Below, in pieces: positions 9,227 through 18,945 of a stretch of 64,000 bases of DNA. This DNA is from Parcubacteria group bacterium GW2011_GWA2_43_11 (lineage in GTDB: Bacteria; Patescibacteriota; Minisyncoccia; Phycocordibacterales; UBA12088): the NCBI GenBank assembly GCA_000998805.1, contig LCFC01000004.1, positions 2,446 through 66,445 of the forward strand. Reading direction: 5' to 3'. The notes under the pieces are model-generated. The model searched no databases, was not told the DNA's origin, and saw only the letters and a list, made by a program, of their open reading frames with translations. Positions within the stretch are counted from its first letter, which is position 1; every line of letters starts with the position of its first letter. A program made the position numbers and the translations under genes.

Positions 9227-10141
9227 ATGAATCAAAAAACTAGTACAGAGTCTGTTCGTTTTGCGCCACTAGCACTAGCACTAGCACTAGCGCTAGCGCT
9301 GCTAGCCTTACTCGGGCTTGTGGCAATTTCTGCACATGCTGAGGTAGATAAAGCTGATGACGCGGGGAGTGCTCAGAAAAAAACGCAACTTGATGATGCA
9401 CGACAAGAGCGGAACATTTTTAGTGAAGTGGATACTAATGAGTCCGAGGAAGTTATGGTTTTGGACGATGTTTCTGATGATTTCCAAAATATGGAGAAAC
9501 GTGAGGAGAAGCAGGTGCTACTCGAAGAACAAAAAACAGCGTTTGCAGAAGACAGGGCAAAACGACTAGATGCGTACAGATCATTTCTTGAGAAAAAGAG
9601 AAATTCGATTACAGTGCGTGCTAAGGAACACCAAGAAGAAAGAAGGTTGAAACAAACTACCTACAGAGCTGCGTTGAGCCTCTCTGCCCAAGTGCGACTC
9701 GGGCAATATGCGGAGCGTATCGTGATACGTATGGACGCTGCGCTTGTTCGACTTGAGCAAATTGCGGAGCGTATTGCAACACGTATTGAAAAAACTGAAG
9801 AAAAAGGAGTAGACCTCACTGATGCAAAAGTGGAGCTTGCTAATGTGCGGATACTTTTAGAAGATGCGCATGAGTACGTGTCTCTCATTGGAGAAGTATC
9901 AACCGAAACACTTACCTCAGAAACACCAAAACAACAAATGCAGGATATCCGTGATGCAGTAGAGCTTGCAAAAGACTGCATTAACTCTATACGGGGAGCT
10001 CTTACCGAGACTGTCAAGCTTATACGTGCAGGAATAGAAAAAGAAACAAGAACTGAAGAAGAAGTGAAAGTGGAGGGTATTGAAGATGACTTGACCACCG
10101 CAACTTCAACTGAGACGGAGACAACAAGTGACACTCAGTAA
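9227..10141 (+). CDS. Secreted or surface coiled-coil protein (signal peptide with an (AL)n stretch), hypothetical
   Basis: N-terminus APLALALALALALLALLGLVAISAHA, then a charged, helical, Glu/Lys/Arg-rich body. Confidence 0.55.
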   Translation: MNQKTSTESVRFAPLALALALALALLALLGLVAISAHAEVDKADDAGSAQKKTQLDDARQERNIFSEVDTNESEEVMVLDDVSDDFQNMEKREEKQVLLEEQKTAFAEDRAKRLDAYRSFLEKKRNSITVRAKEHQEERRLKQTTYRAALSLSAQVRLGQYAERIVIRMDAALVRLEQIAERIATRIEKTEEKGVDLTDAKVELANVRILLEDAHEYVSLIGEVSTETLTSETPKQQMQDIRDAVELAKDCINSIRGALTETVKLIRAGIEKETRTEEEVKVEGIEDDLTTATSTETETTSDTQ

Positions 10142-10167
10142 TTATTACACTAAGAAACACCAACCTT

Positions 10168-10527
10168 ATGAACGAAGAAAACAATCAGAACTTGCAACAA
10201 ACTCAACAAGGAGGAGTGGAAGGTATGCCAAGTGTGGGAGATTACACAGATCCTGAGGCATCAAAAAACACGATTATCGTTGCAGTATTGGCAATTATTG
10301 TAGTAGTACTGGCGCTTATGTATATATGGGGTTCAAATAAAGAGATGCGGATAGAAGAATTGCCACCTCTTCCACCTGATGAACAGACTGAGCAACTTAA
10401 ACAGGTAAGTACATCAGACGAGCTTGACGTTATAGAGCTAGATTTATTGAACACAGAGCCTGACACACTTGATACGGGCCTTTCAGACATGGAGACAGAG
10501 CTAGACAATGAGTTAAACAAAAGTTAA
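10168..10527 (+). CDS. Small single-pass membrane protein, acidic C-terminus, hypothetical
   Basis: TM helix IIVAVLAIIVVVLALMYIW. It is followed by the AAAGTT-rich motif and a terminator. Confidence 0.5.
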   Translation: MNEENNQNLQQTQQGGVEGMPSVGDYTDPEASKNTIIVAVLAIIVVVLALMYIWGSNKEMRIEELPPLPPDEQTEQLKQVSTSDELDVIELDLLNTEPDTLDTGLSDMETELDNELNKS

Positions 10528-10556
10528 AAGTTAAATGTTGAAAGTTAAAAGTTCAC

Positions 10557-10583
10557 AAACCAGCGTACGCTGGTTTGTGTTTT
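10557..10583 (+). terminator. Rho-independent terminator (AAACCAGCGTACGCTGGTTT + GTGTTTT)
   Basis: Perfect hairpin followed by a T-run. Confidence 0.6.
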
Positions 10584-10878
10584 CAAGTTCATAGCAAACC
10601 CGCACACCTTATAAAGTGTATGAGCAAATATAAGGTGTATGGGCAAACTTTTAACTTTATAACTTCGTACTTTAAACTTTTATGTTGCGTTTCGCGCAAT
10701 ATCACGTTATGCTCGTAGCGTTGCAGATACTATTCAGCGTACGTGACTAGCTCACGGTACTGTCTAGTAGTTACTAAATAACTGTGCTATGACAGCACAC
10801 GGTCGCATAGACAATAATATGAACGAAACAACACAAAAACCCTCCTCCGCCAACCAGTCTATCGACGAGGTAGGAGCT

Positions 10879-11994
10879 ATGGCGGGCAAGGAAAAATCAT
10901 ACCAAGGACTAAAGATTGAGACCTTGCCGGGTTCCGAAATAGAGATTTCTGGTGAAGTACCTGTCTCAATAGTGGAGTCCTATCGCAAAAAAGCCATACA
11001 AAAACTTATTAAAAATATCGAACTTCCAGGGTTTCGCAAAGGTCATGTACCAGAAGACGTTGCACTAAAACATGTCGGGGAGCTCGAGCTTCTACAAGAA
11101 ATTGCTGAGCAAGCTCTCGGAAAGACGTATGCAGATATTGTTGCAGATAAGGCGCTTGAAGTAGTTGGACGTCCTGCCGTAACGATTACAAAACTTGCCC
11201 CAGGAAATCCCATTGGCTTTAAAATCAAAAGTGCAGTCTATCCATTTATTGAGTTACCTGACTACAAGAAGATAGCCGCAGAGGAAGGAAAAAAACTTGA
11301 AGATCCAGAAAAGGTAACGATAGAGGATGTTGAAATAGAAGCAGAGCTTACACGTATACGGCTTGCTATGAATCCCCCTGCCAAAGATGGGGAAGATGGA
11401 GAAAAAAAGGTAGACATGCTTCCTATTGATGATGTATTTGCAAAAACAGTTGGTGATTTTAAGGATTTGGCAGATCTTAAAGCAAAAATGAAGGAGCAGA
11501 TGTTGAGAGATAAAAAAAATAAGGAGTATGACAAACGTAGACTTACTATTGCAGATGCAGTGATTGCGAAGAGTAAGGTTGAAGTTCCTACAATTTTTAT
11601 CGAAGGAGAGTTAGATCAAATGGTCGCAAGTTTCAGTGACAGAGTGGCTCGTGCTGGTATGGATCTTGCAGGGTACCTTACACAAGTCGGAAAGACGATT
11701 GAAGATTTACGAAAGGAGTGGCGTGTGGATGCGGAGAAGAGGGCAAAATTGCAGCTTATTTTCAACCAAATTGCTTTAAAAGAAATGATTGTTCCAGATG
11801 AGAAAAAGCTTACTCGAGAAATAGCCCACATCAAAGAGCACTATCCTGATGTAGACGAGAGCGCAGTGCGTACCTATGTGAGCGCTCAAATAACTAATGA
11901 AATGGTGTTTGAACTTCTCGATGGAGGTAGAAAGCCGAGCAAGCCTGTAGAGGACGCGCATGTGCATGATGAAAACTGTAGTCACGAGCACTAA
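10879..11994 (+). CDS. tig: Trigger factor (ribosome-associated chaperone). The ORF is open from 10789; the ATG at 10879 has an AGGAG Shine-Dalgarno 2 nt upstream.
   Basis: GFRKGHVP motif in the N-terminal ribosome-binding domain; PPIase-like and C-terminal domains follow. Confidence 0.8.
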   Translation: MAGKEKSYQGLKIETLPGSEIEISGEVPVSIVESYRKKAIQKLIKNIELPGFRKGHVPEDVALKHVGELELLQEIAEQALGKTYADIVADKALEVVGRPAVTITKLAPGNPIGFKIKSAVYPFIELPDYKKIAAEEGKKLEDPEKVTIEDVEIEAELTRIRLAMNPPAKDGEDGEKKVDMLPIDDVFAKTVGDFKDLADLKAKMKEQMLRDKKNKEYDKRRLTIADAVIAKSKVEVPTIFIEGELDQMVASFSDRVARAGMDLAGYLTQVGKTIEDLRKEWRVDAEKRAKLQLIFNQIALKEMIVPDEKKLTREIAHIKEHYPDVDESAVRTYVSAQITNEMVFELLDGGRKPSKPVEDAHVHDENCSHEH

Positions 11995-12016
11995 CATAAT
12001 CACTCCGTAAGATAGA

Positions 12017-12050
12017 AAAATACGGCTGTAAAAAGCCGTATTTTTGGTAC
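12017..12050 (+). terminator. Rho-independent terminator after tig (AAAATACGGCTGTAAAAAGCCGTATTTTT)
   Basis: Hairpin plus a T-run. Confidence 0.6.
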
Positions 12051-12160
12051 ACCTATTGACACTACCCATAAATAGGTGTTTTCTAACAAGTAGAGATACC
12101 AATTGGGCCTTTACGTAGAAATCAAAAAAAGTGAACCATGCACAACAAAAGGAGGAAATC

Positions 12161-12433
12161 ATGTTTAGAAAATTGTTCTGTTCACTCATTTTGGTCGTGG
12201 TGTTGCTGGGTGTATTTTCTCAGTCTGTATTTGCTGTATCTGCTGAAAGATACGAAATAATAACGTTCAGAAAGTGTGAGTTCCAAAGTCCTTTCAATAA
12301 CGAAGAAGAAGTGAAGACGGAAGCTAAACAGTGGCTGAATTCAGCTACTCACATCAGAAAAGTTATAAGCCACTCTCTTTCTTTTAGGGGTTCCTGTGCC
12401 ATAATTACAATCTTGGTGATTGAAAAAAAATGA
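12161..12433 (+). CDS. Small secreted protein, hypothetical
   Basis: AAGGAGG Shine-Dalgarno 7 nt upstream; signal peptide MFRKLFCSLILVVVLLGVFSQSVFA. Confidence 0.5.
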   Translation: MFRKLFCSLILVVVLLGVFSQSVFAVSAERYEIITFRKCEFQSPFNNEEEVKTEAKQWLNSATHIRKVISHSLSFRGSCAIITILVIEKK

Positions 12434-12470
12434 TGCCTCGGCATCCTGTACGCTCCTTTGTTCTCTAAAG

Positions 12471-12550
12471 CCCCGCATCGTTTCTTGATGCGGGACTTTT
12501 GTTATATATAAAAAGTCATTCATCATGAAGAAGGTTCAACCTTCTTCATG
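12471..12550 (+). terminator. Two consecutive hairpins (CCCCGCATC…GATGCGGG+TTTT and CATGAAGAAGG ttcaa CCTTCTTCATG)
   Basis: Perfect stems; the first is followed by a T-run. Confidence 0.5.
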
Positions 12551-12564
12551 ACAAACACAAGGGA

Positions 12565-12795
12565 GGTGATGTGCCCTAACCCATGTGGGGTTTAGGGCAA
12601 AGCCCTACACCGTGCAAGATTAGGGCAAAAGCCCTTCACCATGTAAGGTGCAGGGCTTGCCCGCACACTAACATTTGTCCCTGCACTGCGGTGCGTGCCC
12701 TGAGGCACAGGGACAAAGTAAGTGTGCGGGCTTGCATTCCATAGCCGAGCGTAGTACAGTACTCCCACTGTGCCTTGAAACAGTGTAGGTTTTTG
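12565..12795 (+). promoter_or_regulatory. Structured leader upstream of rpsL: two approximately 29-nt tandem units (TTAGGGCAAAGCCCT…) plus a long imperfect stem (CCCGCACACT…AGTGTGCGGG)
   Basis: Direct and inverted repeats are visible directly. A ribosomal-protein leader or attenuator is proposed. Confidence 0.35.
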
Positions 12796-12827
12796 ATTGC
12801 CTACAGTGCGAAAGGTAAGACAGACAC

Positions 12828-13241
12828 ATGCCAACAATAAACCAACTGATAAAGAAACCTAGGAAAGACCGACCTACAAAGTCGAAAGTTCCTGCTTTAA
12901 GCAAAGGTTTCAATACACTCAAAAACAAACCGACCTACTACCCGGCTCCATTTAAGCGTGGTGTTTGCGTAAAGGTGGCTACCAAAACTCCTCGAAAACC
13001 TAACTCTGCTATACGAAAATATGCTCGTGTCCGACTTACCAATGGTGAAGAAATTACTGCATACATCCCTGGAATGGGACACAACCTCCAAGAGCACTCT
13101 GTGGTACTTGTGCGTGGTGGACGTGTAAAAGACGTTAACATTCGATACACCATCGTTCGTGGTAAGCTTGACGCCTCAGGTGTAGATAAGCGCACACAGG
13201 GACGTTCACGATATGGTACGAAGAAACCTAAGGCTAAATAA
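12828..13241 (+). CDS. rpsL: 30S ribosomal protein S12
   Basis: [13 protein letters not shown]…[16 protein letters not shown]… is the canonical S12 sequence. Confidence 0.97.
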   Translation: MPTINQLIKKPRKDRPTKSKVPALSKGFNTLKNKPTYYPAPFKRGVCVKVATKTPRKPNSAIRKYARVRLTNGEEITAYIPGMGHNLQEHSVVLVRGGRVKDVNIRYTIVRGKLDASGVDKRTQGRSRYGTKKPKAK

Positions 13242-13252
13242 ACGTATTTACT

Positions 13253-13723
13253 ATGCGAAGACCAATAAAAAAGAAACCCCGTATTTCACCTGACAGTCGT
13301 TACAACAGCGAACGCCTTGAGAAGTTCATTAACAATGTGATGTTTGATGGCAAAAAGGAAACAGCCCGTAAGGTTATCTATGAGGCTCTTGATGAAATAA
13401 AGAAAAAAGTCGAAGGAAAAGAACCGCTTGAGGTATTTGAGGAAGCGCTACGAAACGTAGGACCTTCAGTAGAGGTGCGTTCTCGTCGAGTAGGTGGTGC
13501 AAACTACCAAGTTCCTCGTGAGGTTCGACCTGAACGTCGTCAAGCTCTTGCAATGCGTTGGATTATCAATGCTGCTCGAGCAAAATCTGGTGGACCTGCA
13601 TCTAAATTTTATGCAGACGAGCTTATAGCTGCTGCAAACAACGAAGGAACTGCTTTCAAGAAAAAAGAAGATACTCATCGAATGGCTGAGGCGAACAGGG
13701 CTTTCGCGCACTTTGCTTGGTAA
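13253..13723 (+). CDS. rpsG: 30S ribosomal protein S7
   Basis: 156 aa matching the S7 family; stop TAA at 13721. Confidence 0.95.
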   Translation: MRRPIKKKPRISPDSRYNSERLEKFINNVMFDGKKETARKVIYEALDEIKKKVEGKEPLEVFEEALRNVGPSVEVRSRRVGGANYQVPREVRPERRQALAMRWIINAARAKSGGPASKFYADELIAAANNEGTAFKKKEDTHRMAEANRAFAHFAW

Positions 13724-13726
13724 TAG

Positions 13727-13850
13727 TAGGACTTACGGAAACGGCGCACTTCTTCGTTGTCCTACGCAAAAGGTCACTTGTAGTATTGCTCATACAACTC
13801 GTTCCATTTTGCTTGGACGCCTTGAACTTTATTCGTTTGCGTAAGTCCTA
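13727..13850. mobile_element. MITE-like element copy C (about 124 bp), terminal inverted repeats TAGGACTTACGGAAACGG / CGTTTGCGTAAGTCCTA
   Basis: It follows the rpsG stop as taa-tag-TAGGAC… and shares its internal core with copy A. Confidence 0.75.
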
Positions 13851-14172
13851 AACAACACAAATCCTGCTAGGGCTTTTTTTTACTCGTATTAAACTACTTC
13901 AAACAATTCGCCGTCTTTCTTTCGAACTAGGAACTGTGAACTAGGAACAGGGAACATTTACGTCACTCGGTAACTCGCGACTCAGAACTCGGTAACTCGC
14001 TACTCATCTCCCGTTTGCGATTTCCCCAAATCTTATGTATAGTAATGCCACTTATAGCGACGCGCACTTTGCCTGTAATTCCAGAGCGTAGCGAATGAGA
14101 TTACAGTTGCAAGTGCGGTGATGCCCCCTGCAGGTACTGCGCGTTTTTTATTCATTAGTATCCTTTAACAGC

Positions 14173-16323
14173 ATGAACAGAGACTATCCACTAGAGCAAG
14201 TACGAAATTTTGGTATCATCGCCCATATTGATGCCGGCAAAACAACCACGTCTGAACGTGTCCTTTTCTACACGGGCATGAGTCACAAAATAGGTGAGGT
14301 GCATGACGGAGGTACAGTGACCGACTGGATGGAGCAGGAGCGCGAGCGTGGTATCACGATTACCTCAGCGGCTATTACTTGCTTCTGGACAAAAATAGGA
14401 GAGGATACTACTGATACAAAGAACAAGACCCGTTTCAATATTATTGACACCCCTGGACACATTGACTTTACCGCTGAGGTGCAACGGTCTATGCGTGTCC
14501 TCGATGGTGCAGTTGTTGTGTTTGATGGTGTTGCAGGAGTTGAGCCTCAGTCTGAGACAAACTGGCGTTATGCAGATGATGCAAACGTGCCCCGCATATG
14601 CTTCATCAACAAACTTGATCGCACAGGAGCATCATTTGAACGAAGCTATCAATCAATTTTGAGCCGACTCTCGAAAAAAGCTATCCGTATGCAAATACCA
14701 ATCGGTGAGGAAGATGCTCATGAGGGTGCTATTGATCTTTTGACTCGAAAGGCATACCGCTATGCTGGAAATATGGGGATGGAGGTACAGGTAACGGATG
14801 ATGTTCCAGAAAACCTCAAGGCGGACATGGAAGCATACCGAAGCGATCTTATTGAGCGCATTGTTGAAAATGACGATGCTATGATGAATGCATATCTTGA
14901 GGGGAACGAACCATCTTTACCTGAACTCAAAGCATTGCTCCGCAAGGCAGTTATAGGAAACAAAGTGTTTCCTGTGTACTGTGGCTCAGCGCTAAAAAAC
15001 AAAGGTGTTCAGCCAGTGCTTGATGCTGTTGTCGACTACCTACCGAGCCCTATCGACCTTGATGCTGTAAAAGGAATCAATCCAAAAACTGAAGAGACTG
15101 TAGAACGAAAACCTTCAGATGATGAACCGTTCTGCGCACTTGCGTTTAAAATTCAGACAGACCCGTTTGTGGGAGCACTGACCTTCTTCCGTGTGTACTC
15201 CGGTACGCTTGAGGCAGGAAGCTATGTCTACAACACTACCACAAACACCAAAGAGCGTGTTGGTCGTATCGTGCGATTGCAAGCTGACAAACGCGAGGAA
15301 GTAAAGAAAGTATTCGCTGGTGAGATAGCAGCAGCTGTAGGACTTAAAGATACAAAAACAAGCCATACACTCTGTGATGAGAAAGCACCTATCGTACTTG
15401 AGCAAATACATTTCCCTGAGCCAGTCGTATCGGTGCGCATTGAACCTAAGACAAAAGCAGACCAAGAGCGATTAGGTATTGCACTCCACAAACTTGCCGA
15501 TGAAGATCCGACGTTCCGAGTTGCAAGTGACGAAGAAACGAACGAAACCATTATTAGTGGTATGGGTGAGCTTCATCTCGATATTCTTGTTGACCGCATG
15601 AAGCGAGAGTTTAATGTCGATGCTAACATTGGTCGTCCTCAGGTAGCATATCGTGAGACCATCCAGAGAGCGTCCGAAGCTGAATGTAAATATATCAAGC
15701 AAACTGGAGGTCGTGGACAGTACGGACATGTGAAGATTCGTATCAAGCCACTTGAAGCGCTTGCAGAGGGAGCAAAAATTCCAAAGAACGTGTATCGAGA
15801 GGATCACTTTGAATTCATTAACAGTATCAAGGGAGGAGTTATTCCTGCTGAATTTATCGCTCCAGTACAAAAGGGTATTAGAGAAGCAATGGATAGAGGA
15901 GTTGTTGCAGGATTTAAGGTCGTCGACATCTCAGTTGATCTCTACGATGGTTCTTCTCATGATGTGGACTCAAGTGAAATCGCCTTCAAGATTGCAGGCA
16001 GTCAAGCTTTCCAAGATGCTGCGAAGAGGGCAAACGCTGTGCTTCTTGAACCAATTATGAAAGTTGAGGTCGTGATACCTGAGAAATTCATGGGTGATAT
16101 CAATGGACACCTTTCAAGTAAACGTGGACAGATTGAGGGTATGGAATCTCGAGGTGTGGATCTCCAAACTATTCATGCAAAGGTACCGCTTTCAGAAATG
16201 TTTGGCTATACGACAACACTCCGCTCTATGACCGAAGGTCGTGGACAAATGACAATGGAGTTTGATCACTATGCGGTAGTCCCACCAAACGTCGCAGAGG
16301 AAATAAAGGCGGCAAGAGGGTAG
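14173..16323 (+). CDS. fusA: Elongation factor G
   Basis: 716 aa; G-domain [21 protein letters not shown]. Confidence 0.97.
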   Translation: MNRDYPLEQVRNFGIIAHIDAGKTTTSERVLFYTGMSHKIGEVHDGGTVTDWMEQERERGITITSAAITCFWTKIGEDTTDTKNKTRFNIIDTPGHIDFTAEVQRSMRVLDGAVVVFDGVAGVEPQSETNWRYADDANVPRICFINKLDRTGASFERSYQSILSRLSKKAIRMQIPIGEEDAHEGAIDLLTRKAYRYAGNMGMEVQVTDDVPENLKADMEAYRSDLIERIVENDDAMMNAYLEGNEPSLPELKALLRKAVIGNKVFPVYCGSALKNKGVQPVLDAVVDYLPSPIDLDAVKGINPKTEETVERKPSDDEPFCALAFKIQTDPFVGALTFFRVYSGTLEAGSYVYNTTTNTKERVGRIVRLQADKREEVKKVFAGEIAAAVGLKDTKTSHTLCDEKAPIVLEQIHFPEPVVSVRIEPKTKADQERLGIALHKLADEDPTFRVASDEETNETIISGMGELHLDILVDRMKREFNVDANIGRPQVAYRETIQRASEAECKYIKQTGGRGQYGHVKIRIKPLEALAEGAKIPKNVYREDHFEFINSIKGGVIPAEFIAPVQKGIREAMDRGVVAGFKVVDISVDLYDGSSHDVDSSEIAFKIAGSQAFQDAAKRANAVLLEPIMKVEVVIPEKFMGDINGHLSSKRGQIEGMESRGVDLQTIHAKVPLSEMFGYTTTLRSMTEGRGQMTMEFDHYAVVPPNVAEEIKAARG

Positions 16324-16363
16324 AAATGAGTTGAAAGTTATAAAGTTGAAAGTAACAAAAGAA

Positions 16364-16400
16364 AACATCCTTGGAGATAATCTCCAAGGATGTTTTGGTG
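16364..16400 (+). terminator. Rho-independent terminator after fusA (AACATCCTTGGAGATAATCTCCAAGGATGTT + TTTGG)
   Basis: A 12-bp perfect stem plus a T-run; preceded by the AAAGTT-rich motif. Confidence 0.65.
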
Positions 16401-16412
16401 AGGAAAGGAACC

Positions 16413-16793
16413 TCAAAACTCGGCAAGTTTTTTGTTAGCCAGTCGTGCCTCAATGGTGTCTTTCCGCACAAGGTCAACGACAAATTGTGCTTTATTTCTT
16501 GTGTCTACATACTGCAGTAATGTATTAAAAACTTCAATTCTTTCTGGGGTTGTTGGTCGAGACCAGGTGTACAAATCGACTGCTTCTTCAAAAGAAGAAA
16601 TCAACACAAGCTCTTCCTTTACACAATAGTCCCACACAACAATAGCTACTTTTTCACATACAGAATTTGGGGACGATGTAAAATACAAATTTCTTGCCCA
16701 GTGGAGTAAGTCTCTTGACGTACCTTCTGGTATAGTAATTTTCAACTTTTTCAACACATTTTGTAACGTATTGCCCCACAATAGTAGAGTCAT
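16413..16793 (-). CDS. Hypothetical protein
   Basis: 126-aa ORF with no recognised motif. Confidence 0.45.
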   Translation of the reverse strand: MTLLLWGNTLQNVLKKLKITIPEGTSRDLLHWARNLYFTSSPNSVCEKVAIVVWDYCVKEELVLISSFEEAVDLYTWSRPTTPERIEVFNTLLQYVDTRNKAQFVVDLVRKDTIEARLANKKLAEF

Positions 16794-16974
16794 CCTCCCC
16801 CTCCTCGTTAAAAGTGATATAGATACAGTTCTTCTTTATGTAGCGTACAAGCAAAGATAAAAATGTCAAAGCACGATTATGTATACCGGTACTGATATTT
16901 TCAGCTATACCTGTATCATGATGTATCCAAATAGGTCACACCCCCAGGATACATTCTGGGGGTGAATTTCGAGA

Positions 16975-17385
16975 CTAATTGGCAACCATAGTTTTCGGCA
17001 TCTCCCACACTACTGTGGCTTCGGGCTTAAAACTGCAAGGGAATTTTTTATTGTCCCACGCAAGATGGCAGGTGGTGGCAGTTGCGTAGACTGTACCGTC
17101 AAGTGCCTTTATAAGCGTGATACTGACAGATTGTCGGTGATCGCCATCAGATTGTGGCGATATAAGTGCAAAGTATTGAATTATATAGAACTTTCCGTAC
17201 TTTGCTTTCTCCTCATCGCTTTGTGCCGTAACGCGTTTTTCTCCGGTGGAAACAGGTTTCCACGTCTTCAGTACCTCAATTGAGGGCATTTGTCTGTCGT
17301 CTACTGCTTGAGCCGGAACAACGAAGCAGAAGAACAACAACATGCTTAAAATTGATGATAGTAAAAAAACACTGAGCTTTTTCAT
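16975..17385 (-). CDS. Secreted hypothetical protein (signal peptide)
   Basis: MKKLSVFLLSSILSMLLFFCFVVPAQA. Confidence 0.55.
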   Translation of the reverse strand: MKKLSVFLLSSILSMLLFFCFVVPAQAVDDRQMPSIEVLKTWKPVSTGEKRVTAQSDEEKAKYGKFYIIQYFALISPQSDGDHRQSVSITLIKALDGTVYATATTCHLAWDNKKFPCSFKPEATVVWEMPKTMVAN

Positions 17386-17609
17386 TGTCCTCCTCCTTTT
17401 TTGAGTGGTTGGTGTGGTGTTAGGGTTGCGTAATCTTCTATATATAGCGTCTCATGCGTACAATATTTGTCAATAGTATTTTGGATACGTCTAAACACAC
17501 ATATACTGCCTTAGTGTTTAGGAAAGTTCGTCAAAATCATTTTTAAAAAAATCTAGCGCCTGAGTCCATCAGGCGCTGGAAAAAAATGGTAAAGACAGAT
17601 GATAATGAT

Positions 17610-17996
17610 CTAGGACCTAAAAAAGTTTGCCATTTTTTTGATCACTATATCTTCGTGACCTGGAACTTTTTTCGCAAAATGGCGTAACTTGTCCGCCTCT
17701 TGAAAATGTGAAAAAAGGCCTAAACAGAGATCTAACAGAGCATCTTTCTCCGCAGAAGGGTTTGGAGCAATCAAGTATCCTTTAAGAGCTTGACTGAATG
17801 TCTCTGTAAAACTACATAAACATTCAAATGCAGACTTTCTGCCCATGATTGACTCCCCATTTCGTCGAATTGCTTCTACATAAGCCGTGCATGCTTCTTC
17901 GTGGCAAGTAACATAGGCAGCTACCCCCAGAATATCTTTTAGTTTTTTTTCGGGAAGTCCCAGTGCGATACTCATCTCCTTAGTATTTATTCCCAT
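17610..17996 (-). CDS. Hypothetical protein (128 aa from the ATG at 17996, which has a GGAGGT Shine-Dalgarno)
   Basis: GGAGGTATCAGAATG context. The ORF is open further upstream to 18053. Confidence 0.5.
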   Translation of the reverse strand: MGINTKEMSIALGLPEKKLKDILGVAAYVTCHEEACTAYVEAIRRNGESIMGRKSAFECLCSFTETFSQALKGYLIAPNPSAEKDALLDLCLGLFSHFQEADKLRHFAKKVPGHEDIVIKKMANFFRS

Positions 17997-18120
17997 TCTG
18001 ATACCTCCTTCTTTCTTACGATTTATAAAAAAAATCTCATTTCCTGCGTGCACTGTACTAAAATATTTCTTTGCTGTCTACTATACTGGTTTTTAGCCAG
18101 TGCTCGCGTATACTTTCTCT

Positions 18121-18348
18121 ATGGAGACGGTTGAAGAACGGATACAGGTGCTTCTTGAAAAGGTCCGCCCGTACATACAGATGCATGGAGGGGATGTTCA
18201 GCTTGTGCGAGTCGAAGATTCCACAGCAGTGGTAAAGGTGTACGGTGCTTGTGTGAATTGTACACTTGCCAGTGTCACGTATAATAAAACTATCGGACCA
18301 CTCATCATTAAAGAGATACCTGAAGTAACTGATGTTGAGTTCGAGTAA
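18121..18348 (+). CDS. NifU-like (Nfu) Fe-S cluster scaffold/carrier domain protein
   Basis: METVEERIQVLLEKVRPYIQMHGGDVQLV…GACVNCTLASVTY carries the CxxC Nfu motif. Confidence 0.75.
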   Translation: METVEERIQVLLEKVRPYIQMHGGDVQLVRVEDSTAVVKVYGACVNCTLASVTYNKTIGPLIIKEIPEVTDVEFE

Positions 18349-18361
18349 AATTATTATTAAC

Positions 18362-18486
18362 TTAAGACTTTCGCAAACGGATGCAGTTCTAGGAAAACGA
18401 GCAAAATGGAGTGAGCTGTACAACGTCGTACAGTGAATGACGTTTTGTGAAGTTTGACAACGAAATGCGCCGTTTCCGTAAGTCCA
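18362..18486. mobile_element. MITE-like element copy D (about 125 bp, opposite orientation, degenerate left terminal repeat)
   Basis: …CGCAAACGGATGCAGTTC…AAATGCGCCGTTTCCGTAAGTCC; the internal core matches the copy at 21964. Confidence 0.65.
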
Positions 18487-18502
18487 ATAATATAAACAAT
18501 AT

Positions 18503-18763
18503 ATGGCAGATTTACGAGAATACCCACGAACCGCTGAAGGTTCAAATATTAGCAAAGTTGTGGTAGATCGCGACCTTTGCATAGCAGCTGTTTCGTGTAT
18601 AGCAGTTGCAGGCGAGGTGTGGGAGCTTGATGACGAAAACAAAGTGGTCGCAAAAGACGCTAACGCTGCAGATGATGCGACACTCATTGCTTCTGCAGAG
18701 GCATGCCCTACGAAAGCAATACTCCTTTTTGATAACTCTGGAGCACAAATATTTCCAAAGTAA
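18503..18763 (+). CDS. Small [3Fe-4S]/[4Fe-4S] ferredoxin
   Basis: DRDLCIAAVSCIAVAGEVWELDD…AEACPTKAI (Fer4_13-like). Confidence 0.7.
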   Translation: MADLREYPRTAEGSNISKVVVDRDLCIAAVSCIAVAGEVWELDDENKVVAKDANAADDATLIASAEACPTKAILLFDNSGAQIFPK

Positions 18764-18945
18764 CTATATTTAATCTACAAAAGATAAAATTCCCCTCCCT
18801 GTACGGGGAATTTTATGTATAGCAAAGGGATACGTTGTCATATACTGTGTAGTACAGCGTCCTCACTATTTCCACGGCGTATCAAGCAAAGATACTGCAG
18901 TATGAGTTACAATAGAAGAGTACTACTTAGATAAATGTTTTTTTC

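Noticed and set aside
18058-18687. 209-aa minus-strand ORF spanning the Nfu and ferredoxin genes
   Set aside because: It is antisense to two well-supported plus-strand genes and runs through the MITE copy. It is Ser/Thr/Ala-rich in the pattern typical of a shadow ORF.
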